Origin: Dehalococcoidia bacterium
GTDB taxonomy: Bacteria > Chloroflexota > Dehalococcoidia > Bin125
Direction of reading: 5' to 3'
Assembly: GCA_963663235.2 (NCBI GenBank)
Contig: CAXXNO010000011.1
Coordinates: forward strand, 73,202 to 137,201
DNA: 64,000 bases
Below the pieces are notes generated by a model. The model saw only the letters and a list, made by a program, of their open reading frames with translations. It was not told the origin of the DNA and did not search any database. Every line of letters begins with the position of its first letter. The stretch's first letter is position 1. The position numbers and the translations under genes were made by a program. This document shows positions 9,041 through 19,283 of this stretch, in pieces.

Positions 9041-10873
9041 TCACGTCCGATTCGCGGTCGCCGGCGGCGTCCGCCCGCGGGTGATGGCGCGGCTTTGCTG
9101 CTCTTGGTGGAAGAACTCCAGCCGGTCGCCCGGCTCGAAGTCCTGGAAGCCCTCCACCGCGACGCCGAACTCCTGTCCGGCCTGCACTTCGCGCGCGTCG
9201 TTTTGAAAGCGGCGCAGGCTAGCAATCTTGCCCTCGGCCAGCCGTTGGTCTCCCCGCAACACGCGCACCAGCGCGTCGCGGCGGACGGTCCCTTCTATCG
9301 CGCGGGAGCCGGCCACATTGCCGAGGCGGCGGATGGCGAAGATCTGCAGCACCTCGGCCTGCGCGTCCACCACGTCCACCACGATCGGTTCGAGCAGGCC
9401 GCTGAGCGCCGCGTCGACCTCCTCCACCACCTTGTAGATCACGTCATAGCGGCGGATCTCGATGCCTTCCGCGGCGGCGAGCTTGGCCGCCCCGGGCGCG
9501 GCCTCCGTGTTGAAGGTGAGCACGATCCCTTTGGCCGCCAGGGCCAAGTTCACGTCGCTCTCGGTGACCGCGCCAACTGCGCCGTGGATCACCTTCACGC
9601 GGACCTCGTCGCCGGATAGCTGTTCCAGCGCGGTGCGGATCGGATCGACGCTGCCCTGGACATCGGTCTTCAGAATCAGGTTGAGCTCGCGGGTTGTGCC
9701 ACGGCTGATCTCGCCAAAGAGCGCGTCCAGGCTGGCGGCATGGCCGACTTTCGCCGCGGCGGTCTCGCGGACGCGTTTGGCGCTCTCGTAGATGGCCTTG
9801 GCCTCTCGCTCGTTCTTCATGACGCGGAAGCGGTCACCAGCCTCGGCGATATCTTGGATACCAAGGATGGACACCGGGGTCGAGGGTCCGGCCGCGGTGA
9901 TGCGCCGGCCGCGAAAATCCAGCAGGGCCTTGACTTTGCCCCACGTTTCGCCGACCAAGAGCGTCGCGCCCGGCCGCAGGGTTCCCCGCTGCACGAGCAC
10001 GGTTGTCCGCGACCCCTGGCGGCGGTCGAGTTCCGCCTCCAAGACCACGCCGTCCGCGATGCGGTCTGGGTTACCTTTGAGATCTTGCAGCTCGGCGACC
10101 AGCAGGATCGTCTCGAGGAGGTTGTCCAGCCCTTCGCGCGTCACGGCGGACACGGGAACCAGCGGAACATCGCCGCCGTACTCCTCAATCACGACCTCTC
10201 GTTCGGTGAGTTGGGACTTGACGCGATCCGGGTTGGCGTTGGGGAGATCGATCTTGTTGAGGGCGACGATCATCGGCACACCGGCGGCGCGAATGTGATC
10301 GATCGCCTCGATCGTCTGCGGCATCACGCCATCATCCGCTGCGACGACGAGGACGGCGATATCCGTGGCTCCGACACCGCGGGCCCGCATCTGCGTAAAC
10401 GCCTCGTGGCCGGGCGTGTCCAGGAAGGTGATCAACTGGTCGTTACACATCGCCTGATAGGCGCCGATGTGCTGCGTGATGCCGCCCGCCTCGCCGGCGG
10501 TCACGCGTGTATCGCGGACCAAGTCGAGCAGGCTGGTCTTGCCATGGTCGACGTGACCGAGCAGCGCCACGACCGGATGGCGCGGCCGCAGGGAAGCGGC
10601 CGCGTCCGGCGTTTCGTCGGCGAAGAGGTCAATGGTTGCGGATGCGGCCGGGTCTTCCAGGACTTCGCCGCCTTGCGTTGGCTGGAAGCCGAACTGCGTG
10701 GCGATCATCGCCGCGGTGTCGTAGTCGATCGTTTTCGTGACGTCCGCCATGACGCTGCTTGCGATCAAGGTCTTGACGATCTGCACGCCCGTGACGCCGA
10801 GGAGGTCGGCGAGCTCGCGCACCGTCAGCGTGCGGGGGATCTGAACGGGCTTCTCGCCAGCTTCAGTCGTCAT
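9041..10873 (-). CDS. infB: Translation initiation factor IF-2
   Basis: [20 protein letters not shown] GTPase motifs; short N-terminal domain. Confidence 0.97.
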   Translation of the reverse strand: MTTEAGEKPVQIPRTLTVRELADLLGVTGVQIVKTLIASSVMADVTKTIDYDTAAMIATQFGFQPTQGGEVLEDPAASATIDLFADETPDAAASLRPRHPVVALLGHVDHGKTSLLDLVRDTRVTAGEAGGITQHIGAYQAMCNDQLITFLDTPGHEAFTQMRARGVGATDIAVLVVAADDGVMPQTIEAIDHIRAAGVPMIVALNKIDLPNANPDRVKSQLTEREVVIEEYGGDVPLVPVSAVTREGLDNLLETILLVAELQDLKGNPDRIADGVVLEAELDRRQGSRTTVLVQRGTLRPGATLLVGETWGKVKALLDFRGRRITAAGPSTPVSILGIQDIAEAGDRFRVMKNEREAKAIYESAKRVRETAAAKVGHAASLDALFGEISRGTTRELNLILKTDVQGSVDPIRTALEQLSGDEVRVKVIHGAVGAVTESDVNLALAAKGIVLTFNTEAAPGAAKLAAAEGIEIRRYDVIYKVVEEVDAALSGLLEPIVVDVVDAQAEVLQIFAIRRLGNVAGSRAIEGTVRRDALVRVLRGDQRLAEGKIASLRRFQNDAREVQAGQEFGVAVEGFQDFEPGDRLEFFHQEQQSRAITRGRTPPATANRT

Positions 10874-11177
10874 CGGCGGCTCCGTTCCCGTCGGCGGCCA
10901 GACGCAGGGCGTAGTCGCGCAAGCGCCGGCGGTCGGTCTCGTTCAGGGCCGTGCGCAAGGCTACGCCCAAGCGGTCGCCCTGGAGCGCCGCCGTCCAGCA
11001 TGGCGGCCGGGGGCAGAGGTAGCCGCCGCGGCCGGGGGCCCGGCCGCGGGAGTCGACGACGACCGCACCCTCGCGCGTGCGCACCACGCGCAGCAAGGCG
11101 CTCTTGTCGGTCGTGCTGCGACAACCGACGCACGTCCGTTGCGGGAGGCGCGGGGCTGGAGTCTTGGTCTCGACCAT
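10863..11177 (-). CDS. ylxR: YlxR/RnpM family RNA-binding protein
   Basis: PQRTCVGCR, LLRVV, GRGGYLC; lies between nusA and infB. Confidence 0.9.
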   Translation of the reverse strand: MVETKTPAPRLPQRTCVGCRSTTDKSALLRVVRTREGAVVVDSRGRAPGRGGYLCPRPPCWTAALQGDRLGVALRTALNETDRRRLRDYALRLAADGNGAADDD

Positions 11178-11206
11178 CGGCCTTCTTGCACGCTGTGGGA
11201 TCCGGG

Positions 11207-12667
11207 TTACTCGTCGTCCTTGTTGTACTCGGCGTACGGATCTTCATCCAGCCCTTCGTCGCTCTCGACGTACTGCTTGACTCGCTTTTTCTTGCGCGGC
11301 CGCTGCGGTTCCTCCGTTGGGCGTGCCAAGACGTCTTCCGCGAAGCGGATCCGGCCGGGCTCAGAGGCAACGGTCGCCACCTCGACCGCGGCCAGGGCCG
11401 GCTCGAACTGCTCCTCGGGCTCTTGAGCGGCCTCTTCTTCCCCGCCTGCTGCCTCGCGCCGGTCCGGTTGTGCGGCAGACTCGACGGCGGCGGCCACGAG
11501 TTCCGGCTCCTCGGCGGCGGCCGGCGTTGGCGCGGCCTGAGGGGCCTCGGCCTCCGGCGGGGCGGCCTCGGCGACCGGCAGCTCCGGCTGCGGGGCCAGC
11601 GGTCCGACTCCGTCCTCCGCCAGCTTCTCCGCCAGGGAGAGCGGCTTGATGTCGATGCGCATCCCCGTCAGACGGGCCGCCAGGCGGGCGTTCTGCCCCT
11701 CCTTGCCGATGGCCAGGGACAGCTGCGTATCCGGCACGGCGATCTCGGCCGTGTTCGTCTCTGGATCCACGCGGACGGCCACCACCTGGGCGGGCCCCAG
11801 CGCGTGGGCGACGTAGCGGCGCGGATCACGGTCCCACTGGATCACGTCCACGCGCTCCCCCTGGAGCTCGTTGACGATGTTCTGGATGCGGACGCCGCGC
11901 ATGCCGACGCAGGCGCCCACTGGATCCAGCCCTTCCTGGTGACTGTGGACGGCGATCTTGGTGCGATGCCCAGGCTCGCGGGCCACGCCCATGATCTCGA
12001 CCAGGCCGCGCAGAATCTCCGGCACTTCCAGCTCAAAGAGCCGACGAATCAGATTCTTGTGGGTGCGCGAGACCACGACTTGCGGCCCCTTGTTGGTCTT
12101 GAGGACCTCCAGCAGATACACGCGGATGCGCTGGCCCGGCCGGGGGTGCTCCATGCGGACCTGCTCCGTGGGCGGCAGGACGGCTTCCGTGCGGCCGAGG
12201 TCAATGATCACCTGGCGCGCCTCTATGCGCTGCACCACGCCGGACAGGATGTCCCCCTCTTGGCCTGAGTACTCGTCGTAGACGACCTCGCGCTCGGCCT
12301 CGCGGAGTCGCTGGAGCACGACCTGTTTGGCGGTCTGGGCCGCGATGCGGCCAGCGTCGCCCACGGTTTCTTCGCGCGTGAGCGTGTCGCCTATCTGGAT
12401 GTCTGCCTGGATGCCGCGGGCGCGGTCAAGGTCGATCTGGAGGTCTTTGTCGGCGATATCCTCTTCCACCTCGACCACTTCGCGCTCAGACCAGACCCTG
12501 AGAGCGCCCGAGATGCGATCGATACGAACGTGCGTTTCGCCTTGGATCTCGTAGTCGCGTTTGTAGGCCGCGGCCAGCCCGGACTCCACCGCTTCGAAGA
12601 CCACGTCTTCCGGCAGATTCTTTTCCGATGTGAGCTGGGTAATGGCTGTCAGGAAGTCAGGAGTCAT
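11207..12667 (-). CDS. nusA: Transcription termination/antitermination factor NusA
   Basis: [44 protein letters not shown]; acidic C-terminal extension. Confidence 0.97.
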   Translation of the reverse strand: MTPDFLTAITQLTSEKNLPEDVVFEAVESGLAAAYKRDYEIQGETHVRIDRISGALRVWSEREVVEVEEDIADKDLQIDLDRARGIQADIQIGDTLTREETVGDAGRIAAQTAKQVVLQRLREAEREVVYDEYSGQEGDILSGVVQRIEARQVIIDLGRTEAVLPPTEQVRMEHPRPGQRIRVYLLEVLKTNKGPQVVVSRTHKNLIRRLFELEVPEILRGLVEIMGVAREPGHRTKIAVHSHQEGLDPVGACVGMRGVRIQNIVNELQGERVDVIQWDRDPRRYVAHALGPAQVVAVRVDPETNTAEIAVPDTQLSLAIGKEGQNARLAARLTGMRIDIKPLSLAEKLAEDGVGPLAPQPELPVAEAAPPEAEAPQAAPTPAAAEEPELVAAAVESAAQPDRREAAGGEEEAAQEPEEQFEPALAAVEVATVASEPGRIRFAEDVLARPTEEPQRPRKKKRVKQYVESDEGLDEDPYAEYNKDDE

Positions 12668-12704
12668 ATCACCACCGGCTGGGCATCCCGGTCTCCAAAC
12701 GAGA

Positions 12705-12727
12705 GAAGGTGGGCAGAGCCCACCTTC
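12705..12727 (-). promoter_or_regulatory. rimP-leader-like hairpin in the nusA 5' leader
   Basis: Perfect 10-bp stem GAAGGTGGGC-AGA-GCCCACCTTC; extended -10 TGCTATACT on the minus strand at 12755-12763. Confidence 0.65.
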
Positions 12728-12794
12728 AGCGAAGAACGCTTAGGATTCTTATCAAGTATAGCAAACGCCGCAGAGGCCCGCCATGCAGGAAGGG

Positions 12795-14510
12795 TCACGG
12801 CGACTCTGGGTCGTCGAGTGCATGCTCGATCGCTTCGAGGAGTTGGGACTGCGGCGCCTTGAGGGCGTCCGGCTGGTCGCGGCGCTTGAATTCCACGACG
12901 CTTTCTTTCAGGTTGCGCGGGCTGACCGTGAGGCGGAGCGGCATTCCCAGAAGGTCGGCGTCGTTGAATTTGACCCCGGGGCGCTCGTCCCGGTCGTCCG
13001 TCAGGACGGCGAGACCGGCCGCCTCCAATGCGCGCTCGACGGATTCCGTGGCGGCGCGGACGTCCGCGTCCGCGAAGCCAATGGCGACGATGTGGACATC
13101 GTAGGGAGCGACGGAGCGGGGCCAGCGGATGCCTTGCTCATCGTGGTTGGCCTCGATCACGGCGGCCAGCAGCCGCTCCACGCCGATGCCGTAGCAGCCC
13201 ATGATCGGCAGCTGCTGCTGGCCGCCAGCGTCCAGGAAGGTGGCGCGCATCGCTTCGCTGTAGACCGTGCCGAGCTTGAAGACGTGGCCCAGCTCGATGG
13301 CCCGACGCAGCTCCAGCGGATCGCCGCAGCGCGGACAGGGGTCCCCGGCGCGGGCCAGCCCGATGTCGCCCACGACGGCAGCGGACCAGTCGCGCTCGTA
13401 GTTGACGTTGCGCAAGTGCGTGTCCGGCTTGTTCGCTCCGGCGACGAGGTTGGACGCCTCCGTGATGGACACGTCGGCGACCACGCGAACGCCTTGGAGG
13501 CCCACGGGCGAGGCATAGCCGGCCACCCAGCCGGCGGCCTCGACTTCGGCCTCGTCCATCGGGCGCAGGTCATGGGCCTTGAGCAGGTTTCGGAGCTTGA
13601 CCTCATTGACCTCCAGGTCGCCGCGGATGACGGCGAAGACCGGCTCGCCGTCCGCCATGTAGAAGAGCGCCTTGGCGGTCTGGCGAGGCGGGATGCTCAG
13701 GGAGGCGGAGAGGTCGGCGATGGTGGTGATCCCGGGGGTGGCGACCTCTTCCATGGGGAGGGGGTCGGCGGTGTCGGGGCCACCGCGGTTGAACTCGGCG
13801 CGCTCGGTGTTGGCCCCGTAGTGGCAGCGGGGACAGGTGACGATGGTGTCCTCACCGATGTCTGACAGAAAGACGAACTCCTGTGAGATCTTGCCGCCGA
13901 TAGCCCCGGAGTCCGCCTCCACGGCGAGGGAGGGGACGCCGCAGCGACGGAAGACGTTGGCATAGGCGGCGGTCATCGAGTCGTAGGAGGCGGTGAAGCC
14001 GGCTTCGTCCAGGTCGAACGAGTAGGCGTCTTTCATGATGAACTGGCGGACCCGGATGAGGCCGCCGCGCGGGCGCGGCTCGTCACGGAACTTGTGCTGG
14101 ATCTGATAGAGGTTGATCGGCAAGTCTCGGTACGACTGGACCGTGTTGCGCACGAGGTCGGTGACGGCCTCCTCGTGCGTGGGTGCGAGCACCAGCTCGC
14201 GGTCGCGCCGGTCGCGCAGGCGGAAGAGGACGTCGCCGTAGTCCTCGTAGCGGCCGGTCTCCTTCCAGAGCTCCGCCGGCTGGATGATTGGCATCAGGAG
14301 CTCTTGTGCGCCGGCGCTGTCCATCTCGTCGCGGATGATGGCCTCGATCCTGCGAAGGGCGCGCCAGCCCAGCGGCAGGTAGGAGTACACGCCGGCGGCG
14401 AGCTGGGCCACGAGGCCGGCGCGGAGGAGCAACTGGTGGTTGGCGGTCTCGGCCTCGGCCGGGGCCTGGCGCAGCGTGCGCCCGAACATCGCGCTCATGC
14501 GAGTGGCCAT
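12795..14510 (-). CDS. proS: Proline--tRNA ligase (bacterial type with editing insertion)
   Basis: LAPTHEE, KFRDEPRPRGGL, MKDAYSF, GCYGIG. Confidence 0.97.
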   Translation of the reverse strand: MATRMSAMFGRTLRQAPAEAETANHQLLLRAGLVAQLAAGVYSYLPLGWRALRRIEAIIRDEMDSAGAQELLMPIIQPAELWKETGRYEDYGDVLFRLRDRRDRELVLAPTHEEAVTDLVRNTVQSYRDLPINLYQIQHKFRDEPRPRGGLIRVRQFIMKDAYSFDLDEAGFTASYDSMTAAYANVFRRCGVPSLAVEADSGAIGGKISQEFVFLSDIGEDTIVTCPRCHYGANTERAEFNRGGPDTADPLPMEEVATPGITTIADLSASLSIPPRQTAKALFYMADGEPVFAVIRGDLEVNEVKLRNLLKAHDLRPMDEAEVEAAGWVAGYASPVGLQGVRVVADVSITEASNLVAGANKPDTHLRNVNYERDWSAAVVGDIGLARAGDPCPRCGDPLELRRAIELGHVFKLGTVYSEAMRATFLDAGGQQQLPIMGCYGIGVERLLAAVIEANHDEQGIRWPRSVAPYDVHIVAIGFADADVRAATESVERALEAAGLAVLTDDRDERPGVKFNDADLLGMPLRLTVSPRNLKESVVEFKRRDQPDALKAPQSQLLEAIEHALDDPESP

Positions 14511-14554
14511 GGTGCAGCGAGCCTAGCCAACGTTGCGGCGGCGGGCCAGCGGCA

Positions 14555-14944
14555 TCAGGGCGTCGGCGGGTCGTTTGACGTGGCGGGCGGCGGATCGGCC
14601 GGTAGGGCCGTCGCGATGCGCCTCTCCCTGACCTCGTCGTCGCGGACGGCCAAGGGCGCGAAGCGTCGGCCCAGGGCGTACTGGTCCCAGACCTGGTAGG
14701 CGAGCGCGCTGAGCAGCGCCCCACCCACGAAGGCCGTGGCCATGCTCACGCCGATGCCCGCGCCCGTGTCCACGCCCAGGACGGGCACCAGGACGCCGCC
14801 GCCGGCGCCGCCGAGGAGGGCGAACGGCAGGGCCCAGATCGCGCCGTACGCCCGGCGCCGGACCCCGAGCACGATCCAGGGGAGCGCGCCCAGCAGGCAC
14901 CAGGTGAGGAAAAAGAGGGTGAGGAAGATGGCGTCGAAGAGCAC
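14555..14944 (-). CDS. Hypothetical membrane protein (about 3 TM helices)
   Basis: Hydrophobic Gly-rich segments; TACGCT -10 7 nt before GTG. Confidence 0.7.
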   Translation of the reverse strand: MLFDAIFLTLFFLTWCLLGALPWIVLGVRRRAYGAIWALPFALLGGAGGGVLVPVLGVDTGAGIGVSMATAFVGGALLSALAYQVWDQYALGRRFAPLAVRDDEVRERRIATALPADPPPATSNDPPTP

Positions 14945-15057
14945 GGGGGCCAGCGTACGCGGTTCGATCCGAGCATGCCGTTGCGAGCCATCACTTGCTA
15001 TCCTGCGTCCCGCGACCGTGCGAAGATTGCGACGCGCGGGCGATAGAGGTGACCCGG

Positions 15058-16206
15058 ATGAAGCGAAATCCGACGCGGCCGGTCCAGGTGGGCCCGATCA
15101 CGATCGGCGGCGGGGCGCCGATCGCCGTGCAGTCCATGGCGGCGACGCGGACCCAGGACGTCGAGGCCACGGTGCGCCAGGTGAACCTGATCCAGGAGGC
15201 GGGGGCAGACCTGGTCCGCATCGCCGTGGATTCCAAGAAGGACGTGGAGGCGCTGGCGGAGGTGCGGGCGCGGACCCGCGCGACCCTTTCAGTGGACCTG
15301 CAAGAGAACTACCGCCTGGCGCCGTTGGTGGCGCCCTACGTGGACAAGCTGCGCTACAACCCCGGCCACTTGCACCACCACGAGAAGCAGAAGCCGGTGC
15401 GGGACAAGGTGGCCTTCCTCGCCGAGACGGCCGCGAAGAACGACTGCGCGCTCCGCGTGGGCGTCAACTGCGGGTCGGTGGACCCGCGTTTGCAAGAGCG
15501 ATACGGGAGCGATCACGTCGGTGCGATGGTGGCCAGCGCGCTGGAGCACTGCGCCCTGCTGGACGATCTGGGCTTTCAGCGCTACGTGGTGTCGCTGAAG
15601 GACTCCGACTGGCGCAAGGTGGTGGAAGGGAACCGTCGCTTTGCGGCCGAGCGGCCGGACGTGCCCATCCACCTGGGCGTCACCGAGGCGGGCATGCCGC
15701 CGGAGGGCGAGATCAAGACACGGGTCGCCTTTGAGCAGGTGCTCACCGAGGGAATCGGCGACACCGTGCGCGTGTCGCTCACGGTGCCGTTCGAGGAGAA
15801 GGGCCGCGAGGTGACGGTGGCCCGCGAGATCCTGGCGGACATCGCCGCCGGACGCTTCCGTTCCGTCCCCGCGTCTCTGGACCAGGGGCTGAACATCATC
15901 TCCTGCCCCTCCTGCTCGCGCGTGGAGAACGAGGCCTTCATCGATCTGGCGCGCGACGTGAAGGAGCTGACCGCCTACGCCCAGGAGTACGACATCACGA
16001 TCGCCGTGATGGGCTGTCGGGTGAACGGGCCGGGTGAAACCGATGGCGCCGATCTGGGCCTCTGGTGCGGGCCGGCGGCCGTGAACCTTAAGCGCGGGTC
16101 GGAGACCATCGGCGCCTATCCGTATGACCGGGTGCTCGGTGAATTGCGGGTCGCGCTGGATGCCGTGATCGCGGAGCGGCGCGCCGGCAGCGGCGTACGC
16201 GCCTAG
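15058..16206 (+). CDS. ispG: (E)-4-hydroxy-3-methylbut-2-enyl-diphosphate synthase
   Basis: [47 protein letters not shown]. Confidence 0.95.
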   Translation: MKRNPTRPVQVGPITIGGGAPIAVQSMAATRTQDVEATVRQVNLIQEAGADLVRIAVDSKKDVEALAEVRARTRATLSVDLQENYRLAPLVAPYVDKLRYNPGHLHHHEKQKPVRDKVAFLAETAAKNDCALRVGVNCGSVDPRLQERYGSDHVGAMVASALEHCALLDDLGFQRYVVSLKDSDWRKVVEGNRRFAAERPDVPIHLGVTEAGMPPEGEIKTRVAFEQVLTEGIGDTVRVSLTVPFEEKGREVTVAREILADIAAGRFRSVPASLDQGLNIISCPSCSRVENEAFIDLARDVKELTAYAQEYDITIAVMGCRVNGPGETDGADLGLWCGPAAVNLKRGSETIGAYPYDRVLGELRVALDAVIAERRAGSGVRA

Positions 16207-16443
16207 CGCGGCGCGCTCTCCTAGCGCAGCGCGCTCTCCTAGCGCAGGGCGCTCTCCTAGCGCAGGGCGCTCTCCTAGCGCAGGGCGCTCTCCTAGCGCA
16301 GGGCGCTCTCCTAGCGCAGGGCGCTCTCCTAGCGCAGGGCGCTCTCCTAGGGCGCTCTCCTAGCGCAGGGCGCTCTCCGCGCTCTCCTAGCGCAGGGCGC
16401 TCTCCTAGCGCAGCAGGGCGCTCTCCTAGCGCAGGGCGCTCTC
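16203..16443. repeat. Tandem array of the 18-bp unit CTAGCGCAGGGCGCTCTC (about 13-14 units, some truncated or variant)
   Basis: Units start at 16203, 16221, 16239, 16257, 16275, 16293, 16311, 16329, 16347 (13 nt), 16360, 16378 (9 nt), 16387, 16405 (21 nt), 16426; no spacers. Confidence 0.97.
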
Positions 16444-18126
16444 CCCATCCACGACGCGCAGGATGTCGAAGTAGCTCACGATCACCACGAACATCAGGAT
16501 CAGGACGAACCCGGCGAGGTGGACCAGGCCCTCTTTCTCCGGAGAGATGCGTCGCCCTCCGCGCAGGATCTCGATCAGCACAAACATGATCCGGCCCCCG
16601 TCCAGCATGGGCAGCGGCAGGATGTTGATGATCGCCAGGTTGATGCTGAGCAGCGCCGCCAGTTCGATCAGCCGCAGCCAGCCCACTTCCCTCACCACTT
16701 CGCCCGTGGTCTGGGCGATGCCGATGGGCCCGGAGAGCTGCAACGGCTCGCCCCCCGCAATCCAGGAGCGGATGCGGTTGCGCATCAAGATCAGGGTGTC
16801 CATGGTCCGGTCCCAGCCGGAGCCGACGGCGCTGAAGAACCCCTCGCTCGCATTCACGGTGGTGCGGCGCAGGTTGGTGATGGTGATGCCGGTGGGCCCT
16901 TGCGGGATGGTGACGAGCGTGCCCGGTGCGAGGTGCAGCGGATCGATGCCGGCGGCGTCCAGCACGACCGTCGACCGGATCCCCAGATCGCGCGCGACGC
17001 TCTCCGCCGTGTCGTCCGGCTGGGTGAGGTAGCGTTGGCCGTCGGGTAGCAAGAGCTCAACGCCGGGCTCGAGCGGGATTCCGTTGGTGAAGCCGGCGCC
17101 GGCCAGGACCTGGCTGGCGCTGACGCCGAGGATCTCCGCCACGTCGTGAACCGTTTCGCCGGGCTGAACTACGTGCTCCAGCTGGTCGGGCGCTAGGCGG
17201 GCGCGGACGATGGTCTCGAAGCGCTCGCGCTCGGCGCTGGCGCGTTGCGTGGCGGTCTCCTGGACGACGTCCCGCTCGACGACGACGCTGATGTCCTCGC
17301 CGACGTTGAGCTGAATCGCCAGGCTGAGGTCGGAGGCGTTGCGGATTGGGTCGCCGTTGACGCTGATGACCTCATCACGAGGTTGCAGGCCGGCCTGGTC
17401 GGCCGGGCCGCCGCCCACGACCGAGGTGATGATGGCGGGGCCCTCGGCCACGGGCTGGGGGATCATCACGGCGATGGCGAAAAGGATGATCGGGAGCACG
17501 AAGTTCACGCCCGCGCCTGCCGCCATCACGGCGATGCGCACGGGGCGCGGCTTGGTGGCGAGCGAGCGGGGGTCCGGGCCGACCTGGATCCCGGCGATGT
17601 GGCTGATGGCGGCGGCGGCCTTGCGCGAGCTGATGGAGTCGATCTCGCTGCCGGGCGGTGGCTCCAAGGTGAGGGTCTGGCGCTCCAACGTGGGACCGCG
17701 ATCGCCGGCGATCTCGCGATCGACGAGCAGCTCGATCGGGCCCTCGCTCTCGTCGTCTAGCAGAGCGATGCCCAGGTTCTGGGCCAGCTGCTCCTGGCTG
17801 TGAACGGGGACGCCGTTGACCTCCAGGATTACATCGTTGGAGCGCAGGCCGGCGCGGTCCGCGGGACCGAAGCGGTTGATCTGCGTCACGAAGACGCGAG
17901 CGCTCTCCTCCCCGGTGAGGCGGACGAAGCCCCCGAGGGGGAGCCAGTTGATGGAGTAGAGCGTCTCGCCGAAGCGGATGCCCCCGATGCGCGGCGGCAT
18001 GCCTATGCCGAACTCCTCCACCCGCACGCCGGCCATCTTGGCGACCACGAAGTGGCCGAGCTCATGCAGGATGATCAAGCCGAGCAAGATGCCGACGAAG
18101 GGCAGGACGGATTCGATCACGGTCAT
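16426..18126 (-). CDS. rseP: RseP/M50 site-2 protease with two PDZ and two LysM-like domains
   Basis: LHELGHF, PLGGFVRL, NILPLPMLDGG; follows dxr; PDZ-like GPADRAGL and GPADQAGL; LysM-like HVVQPGETVHDVA and YLTQPDDTAESVA. Confidence 0.92.
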   Translation of the reverse strand: MTVIESVLPFVGILLGLIILHELGHFVVAKMAGVRVEEFGIGMPPRIGGIRFGETLYSINWLPLGGFVRLTGEESARVFVTQINRFGPADRAGLRSNDVILEVNGVPVHSQEQLAQNLGIALLDDESEGPIELLVDREIAGDRGPTLERQTLTLEPPPGSEIDSISSRKAAAAISHIAGIQVGPDPRSLATKPRPVRIAVMAAGAGVNFVLPIILFAIAVMIPQPVAEGPAIITSVVGGGPADQAGLQPRDEVISVNGDPIRNASDLSLAIQLNVGEDISVVVERDVVQETATQRASAERERFETIVRARLAPDQLEHVVQPGETVHDVAEILGVSASQVLAGAGFTNGIPLEPGVELLLPDGQRYLTQPDDTAESVARDLGIRSTVVLDAAGIDPLHLAPGTLVTIPQGPTGITITNLRRTTVNASEGFFSAVGSGWDRTMDTLILMRNRIRSWIAGGEPLQLSGPIGIAQTTGEVVREVGWLRLIELAALLSINLAIINILPLPMLDGGRIMFVLIEILRGGRRISPEKEGLVHLAGFVLILMFVVIVSYFDILRVVDGESALR

Positions 18127-19283
18127 GCGCGGACCGCCAGCCATTCGGTGGCGAAACGCCGGGCGCAGGCATCCGCCTCATCGATCGCGGCCAGATCGGG
18201 CTCGGGCTCGGACACGGGATCGTGGGCGGCGAGTGTCGCTTCGATCAGGGCCGGGATCTCCGTGAAGCGGAGGCGGCGCTCCAGGAACGCCTCCACGGCC
18301 ACCTCATCGGCGGCCGCGAGGACCGCGGGGTAGGTGGCGCCGCGGTGGCCGGCGTCCATGGCCAGGCGCAGGCAGGGGTAGCGCTCCAGGTCGGGCGTCT
18401 TGAACGTGAGGGTGCCCAGGGCGGCGAGGTCCAGCGGCGCCACGGTTGGCGCGAGCCGCTGGGGATAGCTGAGGGCGCACTGGATGGGCAGGCGCATGTC
18501 CGGGTTGCCCAGTTGGGCCTTGACGGAGCCGTCACACAACTCGACGAGCGAGTGCACGATGGACTCGCCGTGCTGGATGACCTCCACGCGCTCGTACGGC
18601 ACATCGAAGAGCCAGCGGGCCTCGATGGTCTCCATCCCCTTGTTCAGCAGCGTGGCGGAGTCGATGGTGATCTTCTTGCCCATTCGCCAGGTGGGGTGGC
18701 GCAAGGCCTGCTCTGGCGTGACGTCGGGAAGCGCGTCGAGGGGCAGATCGCGGAGCGCGCCCCCCGATGCGGTCAGGATGATCCGGCGGATGGCGTTGCC
18801 TTCTTCCCCCCAGAGGCACTGCCAGATGGCGCTGTGCTCGGAATCGATCGGCCGCAGATCGCCGCCCCCGCGGTCGGCGGCACGGCGCACCAGGTGCCCC
18901 GCCATCACAATCACCTCTTTATTCGCCAGGGCCACCGCCCGCCCGCGCTCAAGCGCGGTCAACGTGGGCTCCAGGCCGGCGCGCCCGGCGGTGCCGACCA
19001 CCAGCACTTCCAAGTCGGGGTGGGCCGCCATCTCTATCATCGACACGACGGTCGCGCCGATTTCGCCGGCGAGGCGGCGAAGCGCGTCGGGGTCGGCGCC
19101 ATCGCAGCAGAGCAGGGGGGGTCGGAATTCGCGCGCTTGCCGGGCGAGGAGGTCGAAATTCCGGCCTGCGGCGAGCCCGAGGAGCTCAAAGCGCCCGTTC
19201 AGCGATCGGATGACGTCCAGTGTCTGGGTCCCGATGCTGCCGGTGCTGCCCAGGACGGTGACACGGGTTAGAGAACAACCCAT
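18123..19283 (-). CDS. dxr: 1-deoxy-D-xylulose-5-phosphate reductoisomerase
   Basis: LGSTGSIG, LANKE, PIDSEHSA, LTASGG, HPTWRMG. Confidence 0.96.
   Translation of the reverse strand: MGCSLTRVTVLGSTGSIGTQTLDVIRSLNGRFELLGLAAGRNFDLLARQAREFRPPLLCCDGADPDALRRLAGEIGATVVSMIEMAAHPDLEVLVVGTAGRAGLEPTLTALERGRAVALANKEVIVMAGHLVRRAADRGGGDLRPIDSEHSAIWQCLWGEEGNAIRRIILTASGGALRDLPLDALPDVTPEQALRHPTWRMGKKITIDSATLLNKGMETIEARWLFDVPYERVEVIQHGESIVHSLVELCDGSVKAQLGNPDMRLPIQCALSYPQRLAPTVAPLDLAALGTLTFKTPDLERYPCLRLAMDAGHRGATYPAVLAAADEVAVEAFLERRLRFTEIPALIEATLAAHDPVSEPEPDLAAIDEADACARRFATEWLAVRA

Noticed and set aside
9740-12268. 842-aa plus-strand ORF and similar long antisense ORFs (46049-47995, 58125-59780, 60006-61730)
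   Set aside because: Shadow frames opposite well-supported genes, expected in high-GC DNA.
16203-16443. CRISPR array
   Set aside because: Units are directly adjacent with no unique spacers, the unit equals the rseP 3' end, and no cas genes are present.
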